Shown here piece by piece: positions 1 to 11,800 of a stretch of DNA of 64,000 bases. The DNA is from Klebsormidium nitens (Eukaryota > Plantae > Klebsormidiophyceae). Both the position numbers and the translations under genes were made by a program. The stretch covers positions 62,001 through 126,000 of the forward strand of contig DF237164.1 in NCBI GenBank assembly GCA_000708835.1, read 5' to 3'. The notes below the pieces were generated by a model that saw only the letters and a program-made list of their open reading frames with translations, was not told where the DNA came from and did no database searches. Position 1 is the stretch's first letter; the number at the start of each line of letters is the position of its first letter.

Positions 1-684
1 CGCCAATCATGAAGTGAAGATCAAATCTCCAAACTGAAAGGTCTTTCGGCTGTCACAGTTTCTCGCAAGGAAAGCACAGAGACGTTCCCTGAGCCGATCA
101 ACCTGCCAGTTTGCTTGTCGAAAGCGCCCGGTATGAAGTACACCGACTTGAGTTGAAAAGCACCAGCGGAGTGAAACCACGCTTAGGAATCAGTTGACTA
201 TCGCCATCCAGTGTGACGTGTTACGCAAGACCCAGAGTTCGACGCGTCCCCGGTAGGTACCAGGTACGATACCGTGGATTGCAACAGCCTGGTCATGATT
301 GGCGGCGAGATTTGGTGACGCATTCACGGCTGCACGTGATCCAGAACTGATATGAGAGGTGACACCTGCGGCAGTCTGCAACACACACGATCCGCAGGGA
401 GGAAGAAGAAACTCGAGAGGGACTTCTTTGGAAGAGAACGTGCGCTCTTCAACGGCAGGGAGGGCAGGCGGGAAGGCGCTCGTCCGCCTCGCCAACGGTC
501 GTCTGCGCTGCTTGGAAATGGTTCCAGCCCTCGCAGGCTGCCCCAAGGCTGGTCGAGTTGCGAAGCCCCTGCTCTCTGCTCGGGGCCTGAATAGAAGAAG
601 TCATTTTCCCAATACAAAAGCAAGGGTTGGAGCTGCGTTCAGATGTTCCTGTTGGGGGTTTGAGGCAGTTCTTCAGCAGACAGG

Positions 685-3600
685 ATGTCGAGCAAAAGCT
701 TGACGCGGGTGGCGAGCCAGACCCGATTGGGGGTGGGAGTGGCCGCCAAGTGTTGCAAGGATGACCGTCGAATTGAGTACAGCCCCCCCTCCCCGCTCTT
801 TCCGCTCTTTCTAGTTGCTGTCTGTTCTATCATCTATCTCCTCCGCAACACGCCTGCAGTGCCCTTTCTTCTGTGGTTCCTTCCTGAGAAACCAGACGCG
901 AGAAGCTGGGGCGAGCTAGCGGCGGTTGTTCTTCTCTTAGCAGGGGTTGTCCTTGTCCTCCGGGCCGCAGTCCCGTCCCTTCGATTGTCCCTCGCTCGGA
1001 AGAAGAATGCATCTGAGAAGGGGAGCGGAAAGCAGCTGCTGCTTCCCACTAGCTTAGCCCCCCACTCCGGAAAGAAACTGCACCAAGCCAAGATTCTAGC
1101 GTCCTCCACTGCAGTGTCCCCAGACATTGACCTTGCAAAACCCCTCCTAGCAAACAGTGCCCAAGCGTCCTCTCCGACCGGGAGCGAAAAGAGCCGCGCC
1201 CTTGCGAAGGCTACAGGGTGTGGTGTGCACAGTTACAGCAATGGGGACAGATACGAGGGGGAGTTCTATCAGGGAAGGTGCGCGGGTAATGGCGTGTATT
1301 ATTTTGCCATGAGCGGGCGCTACGAGGGCGAGTGGATCGACGGCAAGTATGATGGGTATGGCGTTGAAACGTGGTCTCGGGGGAGTCGGTACAGGGGCCA
1401 GTACAAGGAAGGGTTGCGAGACGGGCATGGGGTGTACCGATTCTACACAGGTGACGTGTATGCCGGGGATTGGAGCAAGGGGCAGAGCCATGGAGTGGGA
1501 ATGCAAACATGCGCGGATGGGAGCAGATACATTGGGGACTTCCAGTGGGGGGTAAAGCACGGGTTTGGGCGATACCATTTCAGGTGATTGGTGCAGCCTT
1601 CGTTCTTGCATTATCTCGCTCTGAGGAAGACCACTGCTTTGTGGGCGGTAGTTCTTGCGTAATGGAAGTCATTGATCAAAGCACCCTGAGGTGCTGTCAT
1701 TTGTGATGGCTTGGACTTTTGTGGAGCCGCTCGGGTGTCATCAGCATGCATTGCAGCGCGCCATGCTTGACTAGGCCGCATGTTTCATCTTTCCGCCTGT
1801 ACGTTTGCATGAGGGGGAAAACTTTTCTAGCATTGCCGGGAAGTAGTGAACGACTTTCTCCCCGGTTTGGAGCATCTTGCTTTGCAAGAAAGTGTTCAGA
1901 AGGGGTGCATTTTCATTTTTACTTACAGCTGCTAAGGTGGAAAACATGTTGGGTGTCATCGGTTCCTTCCGATGACTGCTGTCTGATTGCAGCTTCTGCC
2001 TGCTCTTTCCTCTCTCTCTATTTTCTTGCTCTTCTTGGTGTATCTTTTGTGCTCCTTCGGTACACATCAATGAACACTGACAGTGATTGGCTTGAAGAGT
2101 ATGAGCTGTCGCCAGCTGGTGCCAGCTGTCGTTAGCTGGTGCCAGCTGGCAGCGTACAGTGTGCCCGGACCTAGCGTTAGGTTAATGTCAATGTGTCACA
2201 TTTGTTCCTCGCCTCCAGAACCTGCGGTTGTACTTTTCCTTAGCTCTGATCAACAGGTGGCGATAAGATGCTTAGCTTTGCATCAGCCCTTAGTGTTAGC
2301 TTCCACTCAATGTCGTTGAACCTCCCTGTCAGTCTTGCAGTGCTCTTCGCATACAGCTCTTTCATTTATGCTGCTGAGTCTGTCGCATCTCTGCTCCTCT
2401 GCTCTTGTTCTTGGAACTCAAAATTGCATCCCCCTTTTAACCTTGCATGGGAACCCCGTTCAGCTTTTTGTCAACCGGAGCACAAAGATGAATGCCTGTT
2501 GCACAGCCCACTTATATTTACTTTTCTGATCCTACAGGAATGGGGACACATATGCTGGCGAGTACTTCAACGACAAGATGCATGGGTACGGTGTCTACTC
2601 ATTCGCGAACGGTCACCGGTATGAAGGCGCGTGGCACGAGGGCCGGAAACAGGGGCTGGGGCTTTACACGTTCAGGAATGGGGAGACGAGAGCGGGATAT
2701 TGGAACAGGGGGGCGCTCGAGACTCGGAGCACTCAAGCGGCGGACCCCCTGGCACCACATATGGTGCATCACAGCAAGGTTCTACACGCAGTCCAGGTGC
2801 GTGCTGATTCTACGCAGGCGTTACCTTCTGTTTACCTGTTTCACCTTGATTCTTTTCCTCCAGTCTAGTACAACTACAAAACTTCCAAATTAATACAAAT
2901 ATAGAACTGTTAGAGTGTAAGCTTTGAAGCCAGGGAGCTTGGCCGGTTATGCTGAGACTTGGTAGAAGAAAGTGAAGCTTTCGACCGAGAGGAAAGAGCT
3001 CTGGCTTACTTGTCTGAACCAATTCTGCCGTTCTTGTTTTGCGACATTGTCTTCTTGACTTTCTTGATCTTCCCCGTCAAGGGGAGGCATCGTTTGAGTG
3101 GAAGCTAACTTTCGCTCTTCGGTCTATTCGGCTGTTTCTTGATTGTTCTTGGGTCCAACGCAAAGCACCTCTCTTGCATACATTCAAATGGGGCAGACGA
3201 CAACTGACCGATTGCATGTCATTTCGGGGATGAGTCTTGTTGCCCTTCGATGCTTTTCAGGTCTTGTCCTTGCTGTTACATATTTGGATCGGGCTGAGGG
3301 GCATGAGCTACGGTATTCTGATTGAGACCGCAAATTCGGTTTGGGCAGATTTAGGACCCTCTATCACGTTGTCCGGTTTCAAGATGTCCCAACTGACAAC
3401 CGAGTTTTTTCCACCCCCCTATTTGGCGCATCTCAGCCGCCCTTCGGGATTCGGATTGTGAATCGTGCGCTTCCCCTTGGCTGTCATTTGGGGAGGGATT
3501 TTCTGAAAGGTCCAGTTGTGATTGGTCTGCAAGGTGTTTCCAAGTGTTGTCTCGCTAAACCATTCTTGTTTTAGTGCTAAACCATTCTGTCACCATTCGT

Positions 3601-3802
3601 TTTGCAGGAAGCCCGGCGTGCTCAGTCCAAGGCCGACGCTTTGTCGTCCATCAATCAGGATAGGGTCAGCGGTGCGGTTTCGGCGGCCAACAGGGCCGCC
3701 CTCGCGGCGCGAGTCGCGGCAGTCAAGGCCACTCAACGTGCCACAATTAGCAGCCTCAGCAGCTTGTCATTCTCTCCGCTGGCTCAGGCAGCGGGCTATT
3801 AG
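685..3802 (+). CDS. Membrane-anchored MORN-repeat protein, plant type, about 450 aa, 3 exons
   Basis: Exons 685-1583, 2538-2796, 3608-3802 with GT-AG junctions; 1353 nt, in frame. Tandem MORN repeats (YSNGDRYEGEFYQGRCAGNGVY, YAGDWSKGQSHG, YEGAWHEGRKQGLG), two hydrophobic N-terminal segments, and a C-terminal AVSAANRAALAARVAAVKA helix typical of the plant family. The start codon is less certain than the rest. Confidence 0.88.
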
Positions 3803-5048
3803 CACGCGCGCTCTGATTTGAATAAGTTGAGGAGTAGAGTCGGGCCTCGTCATCTCGCGAGGCCCATTATTGGGGCGATTGAGGCGCCTTTTGAGATGCT
3901 AGCTGATTGGGACGGATCAGCGGGCGAATGTGAAGAGGTAATCAGTGCTGGCAAGCATTGTGTATACTAAGTCTAATGTTGGGGTTCAGGTTTTGACAGA
4001 TTCAGCCCGATCGGACCGAGGCCTTTGCTTATCATTGGTTCACGGATTAGTCCCAGTCAACGAAAGTGTCCTTTGTAGGTATGGTATTCACAGCTTATAT
4101 AGTATGGTACAGAGGGTCCTGCGAACGCGGGACTTGGAACGTGGACCGGACAATTGCCTAAAGCTTGTTACGCATCAGACTATCCTTTATATGTAATCAA
4201 TTGGCCATTACCCGTCAATTTTAGGCTTGCCACTTCAAAAACTGATTGACAGGGAACCGCATTGGCGGCCCAGACGTGAATGTTTCTTAAAGCAGGTTAG
4301 ACCGTCGAAGTATCAACACAACACATTATGTCAGTTTGTGCGGGCCGCAGCTGCTGCGCACGTATGCACTTGTGATGTAGGTATAATGCGCTCTACTTTA
4401 GCTCGCACGTGGCACCCATGCATGTACAATCAGCTGATCATGTATATATATCATCTTATGTGAGAGTTTGTATAGCCGGCCTTGGCGCCGCGCCATGCAA
4501 TATATGCGCGCTTCATCACGGCTGCAGCATGCAGCTATAGTATATGTTGTATACGCTAGCTAGGTACTAGTCACAGATCCAAGTGCATCAAGAAGTAGAA
4601 AATAGTGAATATCATCACATGCAATATCTGCATCTTTTTGTTGTGCGCGCAGGCATGAGCAAGCTGGGCAAAACTTGCGTGTGCATCATCCTGCAACAAC
4701 AATTGTTAATGCTATTGTACATGTGGACGGTCTCCAGTATATTGCTGAATGATTGATGTTCTGATTGAGATGATGCGGATGCATGCTAGCATGCGCTTGA
4801 ACTTTCGGGTAGACGACAAACCGTGTCCTCATGCTGCGGGTCTTGTTTGCACAACTTCCAAGTCCGCATTCCACAGGTCCGACATTGCCGTACATTGCCA
4901 AAAGATGTACGGCCACATGACAGAGCTGCCTCCGCAGAACACTTGCTCTTCCGAGACAGGCAGTTACAGAAATTCGAAAACATCCCAGCTCAGATATGGA
5001 CTTTCTTGTTCATCATTCAAACATCAGAAACTTAAGCAGTTTTCGTGG

Positions 5049-7867
5049 TCATGATGATGACACTGGGAACTGCCGTCGCAACTGCTCCAACTGCAGGTGA
5101 GGAACGAAAGAGGTTAGGCAGACGCCACTTCCACATGAACTGCGTCCCATCCTGAAGTGACCTTTGTGTGTAGATTAGTGCAGGCATGACAATCCGATAG
5201 GTCACTCCAGCCTGACTGAAAATTCCAAAGGTGGAAAGCATGGTGAGAGAGAAGTCTTGAGGCTTCCTTCGTGCGCCAATTCCGTGGACTATATAGTCAA
5301 TTGCCAATTGATTGTTGCTGATTGATTTAACACTTGTCAAACCGCACGGGATTATCTAGTCAAGCGCCGATTGATTGTTGCTGATCGATGTAACACTCTG
5401 TCAAAACGGAAATGCACAGTGAGTCCTATCTCGTGCTGGGGTGGTTAGAGAAAAGCCCCGTAGTAGTGAGTGAGCACGCTGCGGTCTTCCCAACAAACCG
5501 CAAAACCCTCCCGAAGTCGACAGAGCCTCCCACGACCAAACCCGAAATGCATCCCCCCAAGCAACCAGCGACTCTGCAATTCGAAGGGGACCACAAACAA
5601 TTCCAAACACTCACCACTTTTCGCACCCGCTCCAAGCTCTGTGCATTGCCCCCCGACGCGTTCTCCGGCCGGTACGGACCGCTTATTCGCACCTCGTCCA
5701 GGACCACGATCACGGTCTTCTCCCACCGGACGGGCAACCTGCGGGGCGCCAAGCACATCTTACGGCAAGCACATAAGCAATGCCAAGCGGGTGACGTCCA
5801 TCCGGTCACCCGTGCTAAGAATGACAGAAGCAGCTCCCCTTCTCAAGAATGCATGGCGAAACAAGGCAGGCTGCGAATGCAACAGATGCGTCCAGTTCGC
5901 CGGGCGGAGATCTGTCCCTCTTTGACAAGATTGACTAAACGCGATGAGAAACGTCTGACAAACCCCCTTTCCCCTTGAGAACGCACGTAAGCCAAAAAGA
6001 CTTTACAAAAGCACACCCCCCAGTCGTTAGTTTTCACGTCAAGGAGTGACCGCTTCAAAACCTTGCATGATGCAAGTAGAAGGTCAGGTAAACGAGGGCA
6101 AACTGAGCTAGCTTCATGGCCAGAATGTGATCCTATCAAGTCAAACAAGCCCTCCAATAGGCAGTGCAAACATGGTCCAACTGTCGGAACACTCCAACGT
6201 TCAACGATTGATAGGAACAGGAGTACACACGGTTTGTTCAGGGGCCAGAGCTCACGTTTTACCCAGGGCATCAAAGATGTCCTGTCCCTCGTCAGAGACG
6301 CCAACCCCGATCCTCCCCGCATCAAGCTCCGCTTGCCTGCAGAAAGGGACGGCCAAGGATGTTTTCAGTCTAGTTCTAATGAACGGTGTTTAGATCCTGC
6401 CCTGCCCTCTGTTTGGTGCCCATGGTCTCGATCAAGAGGCAGCAGCTCCGCAATATGAAGCGCTAGAGCCGTTCTCGACTGTCAGCGAGAAGTTGGTGAA
6501 AATCAGGGACACTTCTCGGGTATCAGCCAGAAACAGGAAAGGAACTGGTAAGCCAGATGCGCTCAGGGGATCCCGAGGGCCCTGCGAGAGCACCTGAAAG
6601 AAACCCACCGCCTAGGACAAGTGAAGGGGTGTGAGGGGGCTTGGACGCACAGGCGGCCTGGCATGTTTCCAGAGGGCATATTTTATTCAGATCCTCACCA
6701 AACTGAACAATTGAAGATCTGCCAGCAGGGGCCACCATACAATGATTGAATTGCTTAGAATGATCAGCGGACAGCATATCGGTGCCTCTGGCAGCCAGTC
6801 TCACAAAGCAATCTCAAAAACACCAAATTACGACATGAAGGCTGCGCAGCAAAGAAAGCGCCGCAAGACACGAGGTACTACGCAACTTCCTAAAGACGCA
6901 GGTTGGTGACGCCCGTGCTTCTAGCGCTGCAAATGACCTGTGAGTGGGCACCCAAACGAGGGATAAAGGGGCGAGTGACATTCCGTTGGCTGCCCAGTCT
7001 ATTGTGCCAGTAATAACCTTAATTGCTTCCGCACCGGGTTTTGAGTTCCGTGTTGACATGTCACTTGAAGGTGAGAACAAGCCAACAAGCTCAATGCAGT
7101 TCTGACACCTCGTGACTGTCAAAACACTAGCACAAGAATAGTGCTGATTCCAGGCAGGCGGCTGACAGCGACTCAATTGCATTATTAGGAAATTCAGGGG
7201 GAAGGCAAGCCTGGGATAGTGAGTGGTGTCGCTTTCGAAATTATATGACATGAGCCCGCTCCCTTCGGTCTCAATCCGTCAACTCTACAGTGGTCAACAC
7301 TCGCAATGGCTGATTACAATGTTATACCACCTGATGTGCAATCAACTCAAGCGCTCATGGTAAAGGTAGGAAGGGACGATACTCCGCAGCAAGCACACCG
7401 TCTGATCCTGTGCTTTACATCAAAATGTGACGTCTGAAAAGTCGTAGTCAGATTTATTCCAATTGAAATATCATCTGAGCCAAACAAGTTGCACTCGAAG
7501 TATGCTCCGTAGCGTGCTGCTAATCCATATCGTACGCTTTCGCTTTTGGCAATGCACGACGCAGACGCTCAGGGAACCTGACGACTCACTTGATGGCTGC
7601 CTCCTCTCTTTGCTGCACCAGCGTCTGGTCCACCCTCAGGTTCCGCAAGTCCGGCAGGTCCCCCCCTTGCCCCACTTGCTTCCAGTCCCTGACGCAGCTT
7701 GTCTTCAGAAACCTCAGACTGCGCTTACTCCCACTGCTGCCAATTTCCTGGAGCACAAGCGTCCGAGAGTTGCGATCGTGCAGTATAAGCTCCCCCTCGA
7801 AGTCCTCCCCCAGAGTGGTTGAGAAGGCGATGCGCGCGCCGACGGGGTAATCTGCTCCATTCTCCAT
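5049..7867 (-). CDS. LSM12: LSM12 homolog (Lsm-like plus anticodon-binding domain), 174 aa, 4 exons
   Basis: Exons 7867-7590, 6336-6256, 5738-5615, 5090-5049; 525 nt, in frame, all GT-AG. Translation includes [64 protein letters not shown] and ERVRKVLEQLRRQ, matching the LSM12 AD-domain pattern. Confidence 0.9.
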
Positions 7868-8011
7868 CCTCGCACTGCAATTCAAATGATCAAGCGCAGC
7901 ACTTCCGCATCTCAAAAACTGGCTTCCATTGACAATTGCGTCTTTGCTTGTTTGCTTTCTATTCTCGACCTACGGGACTAAAGTAGAATATAGAAGAGTA
8001 GGGTAGAATGT

Positions 8012-8054
8012 AAGCCCAGCTTGGAAAGAAACACAACACACCCAAGCTGGGCTT
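8012..8054. repeat. Perfect 13-bp inverted repeat with 17-nt spacer
   Basis: aagcccagcttgg (8012-8024) and ccaagctgggctt (8042-8054) are exact reverse complements, lying between the divergent LSM12 and RBM25 starts. Confidence 0.85.
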
Positions 8055-8876
8055 CACAGGGAATTCTCGTAGGCTGTTGCCCAATTCAGGCGCTGTCTGA
8101 ACCGGGCGCCGCCCTGATTGCCGGTGCAAGCCTGCGAGGACTGTGCAGGGTGCCAGGGGAACCACTGATCAGTTGTGTGCCTGCATCAGCACTTCAATTG
8201 CGCTGCACCTAATCCTTGCGCCATGGTCGCCCTCTGCCCCGCCCTGAAAGCTCAGCTCGTTATTTTACAGTGGAGGCGTGATCAGCACGAGGAGCTGATT
8301 CAAAATCCATTTCCAGATTCCAATCGACGTGATATTCATGATACTACCTCACAAAATCCATGTACCCAAAAGCCCGCGGGACGTCACGGTCAGGTTAAAA
8401 TCAATGCAAACCCAATTGTTTGCAGAAAAACTATTAGTGCAAGCCGTGCTTCGATCATGTGCAGGTCCAAGGTGAATGCAATGCCCTGGATGTATGTAAA
8501 ACGGCCCCACCATAGCCCCATGCCTTTGATAGTGCACGGGCTTGTAGAGAAGTCAACATCATCTCGCAATTGACGAAACCAGTTTTGTAATTTAATTTAT
8601 AAGACCAAATTACGCATCTGGGTACATTGTACATAGGGCCAATCTCTGCGTATAATATAGGTACTGAAGGTAGGACACTCAAGTTTCAACCCAACAAGAA
8701 AGAAGACTGGATTGAGTTTTGAAGTTGCACTGGCAGACAATGACATTGGCAGCTGAGGGCGCCATTGGCATAAGGGAGCTCTGCTGATGATTTTGCGAAG
8801 CTTTCCTTGGGTTGCCCATCAGGAACTTGAGCCTTGTGCTTGACATCGAGGCCCCGAGATCGTGGTTGCGGTTGCG

Positions 8877-11800
8877 ATGAATCCATACGCCAATCAGACT
8901 GCGCCTGGCGAACCGCGGCCGCCAGGCCCGCCAACTCATGGAGCCGGGCCTCCTCAGATGCAGCAATACGCGCAGTTTCCTGGATTTCAGCAGCAAGGTG
9001 AGTTTCTTCTTTACTGGCTTGATCTCGAGTAGCAAAGTTGAGATTTGAAGTTCCATATGCATTGGCATTTGCGACGCAGTTATCGGGGTGTGTACTTGAG
9101 GGCAGGGATGCTGCGAGCACACTCAACGCACTCGAGAGCATCGGCCGCCTCCAGGTAGCATATCATTCTCCAATCCAGAGTGGGCGTGATAATGGTGAAT
9201 ATGTGAGATTCAGGTGGATAGTTGCTGTTTCCTTCTGTGACACATAGCATGTTCTCCTGGTCAACAGTGTCTGGTTGCGGGGACAGCAGACGAGCAGACG
9301 ATGCCTTGCACTTGGAATGTAGAGTCCCTGCAGCTTTGTACCTTCAGCTTGCGGTATGTCTCAACCTCTTCTCATCCGCTGATCACTTGCTAAGGGTCAC
9401 AATCGGACACTTGACGGAGCCTTCTCGTGCTCTTTTGGCCCAAGAATGCATTCCGAAGTGAAAGCCTTGGCTGGAAGAGACGGTAAAGTGGTGGTTCCAA
9501 ATCGGATGCTTCTCAATTGTTTCGCATCAAAAAATTCAACCACGGTGCTATGTTTGGCCTTGCAAGGCCGTAGTGATTATGTCGTGGTCCTCCAATGGTT
9601 GGACTTCGCTTGGTTCATTGCCGAGCTCGGAGGTCTCAGCACTCGGTGAAGAGAAGTGTGTCGTGTGTCTGCTGATACCTCTTTCAAAAGGCGGAGACTG
9701 CTGAAGTGCTGCCGTAGTTCCACAGAGCAGCAAACAATCATCAGCGGAAATCAAAATAATTGTTCGCCCTACCACCAGCCAGATTTCTGGCTTTTGCGAG
9801 TCTCGCTTGCACTTCAGTTAGTTGGAGAGCCTTGTTTGTACAAGTAAAGCTGAAGTTGGAATTTACTGTCGATGAAAGTTGCTGTCATCAGAGAGGTGAG
9901 CTCAATTGCTTGCATCCTGCGTCTCAGGTAAGCCTCCAACTCAGTCATTGTGAGCAGATTCAGAACGTAACTTGTGTACTTGTGTAACTAATATCTAGGA
10001 GGTCCAAAATTAACAAAGGTATTGTCAGCAGTAGAGGCAATATCGCTTTCGATGCATCAGAATTTCTTTCAGTGCCTCCTGTAATTTCTTCATTCAAGGT
10101 AGAAAGTCCTCAGGGTAATACTGGTGATAGCCTATGCAAGTATCCCTGCGCTTATCCGCTCGCAGCAAACTTTGCAGGGATGCCTCAGTACCCCGGCATG
10201 CCTTACAACACGTTTGGGCGGCCGCCCTACCCCGTCGCCCGTCCAATCACTCTTCCACGCCCCGGCCAGATGGCGTATCCTCCGCGCCCTCCGTCATTCC
10301 GCCCTCCTGTCGGGTTTCCACCTCCGGGGGCGCCGCCAATGGCCCCCCTCCCCAAGCCTTCCACCACCATGTACGTCGGAAAGATTGCGCCGACAGTGGA
10401 CGACGACCTGGTGCGGTCCATCTTAGAGGTACGTACCAGCGAGCACCTACCTCGGAGGTTCATATCAGCGATTGTCATGGACTTCTGCAGTGCAAAAGCT
10501 TGGGAACACTGCGCTTCTCGTGACCACTCCTCCAGGTCTGCTACAGGCAGGAGAACTGCAAGTATTCACGATTTTGGTCGATGCTAACAAAGCATACTCT
10601 GCAATAGTTTGCTGGCTGTGAAGCAACTGCTTGTGGAAGGGATCCCTGTGTGTTGCAAGACATCCTTACGGTTGCACCTTATGAAGGCAGCTTTGTCTTT
10701 GCATGTCTACACTGAGCTAATCTGTCGGGCTGACGATGCTGATGCGGTCCAGGTTCTTGTAGCCTCCACACCATTGCCTGCCAGTATCTATTGTGCATTC
10801 ATGCTGAAGATTCAAATGGTTCTACTTTCGTGGCTTGCCGAAGGCTCATTTGGTTCTCTTCTGACACTCGCATGATGCACCTCAGGTGTGTGGGCCGCTG
10901 AAGAGTTGGAAGCGGGCCGCTGGAAAAGGGTTTGGCTTTGCGGAATATGAGTTGGCCGAAGGCGTTCTGCGGGCCATGCGGCTCTTGAAAGACCTACCCA
11001 TTGATGGACAGGAGCTTCTCGTAAGTTCTCAATGCTTCCTGCTTCGAGCATTAATGTTTGTGCACTAGAAGCAGTGAACATCTTGCTTCTTGTACGATTT
11101 AATGTTTGGAGATTCATTCGGTCGATAGATTACTGTGGCAATCAACGGAAAGGAAACTACTAGGTTGCCCATTGACCACTTTTCGCATCTGCCACCAATC
11201 GTCGGCGCGTGTCAATGTCTAGCTCAAGAATGAGAGAGGAGACCATCGTAATTTATTTTAACATGCCCTTGATGGCCTTGAAACCGCTCCCCGAACCGTC
11301 CTTGCCACATCTTTGACCTTCATGTCCTCTTACCTCAACAGGTGAACGTTAACGACGCCACCCGACTTTATTTAGAGCAGTACAGCGCCACGAAGAAGCT
11401 TCAAAAGGCGCCTGGTTCCGGTGCCGAACCGGAAGTCGTCATCGAAGACGAAGCAGACGATGGAGGGGCCAAGGAGCCGAAAGACGAAAAAATGGAAGAC
11501 GGCGAGAAGGCGGGAGAAGCAAAACCGGCCGCAGCAACAGCAGGGAAGATGAATACGGATGAGGAGAAGGGGGAGGGGGGAGAGAAGACCCCGGAAGATG
11601 AGGACGAAAGCGAGGACCGAGAAGCGAAGGAGAAGTTGGAAGAACTGCTCAAGGGGAGGTGAGGAGGGCGGGACGGTGGGGGTCTGGTCAAAGATTGCCT
11701 GCACGAGGCGCAGTAGCATGGGCGGTAGAGCCGGAAATCTGCACAGTGGCCTGATGTTTGTTTCCCATAACTTTGACGGTTTCTTTTGAATCCAGTCACT

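Noticed and set aside
190-703. Overlapping 80-118 aa ORFs upstream of the MORN gene
   Set aside because: No recognisable domain. The frame matching MORN is closed by stops before 685. Could be UTR, promoter or an unresolved upstream exon.
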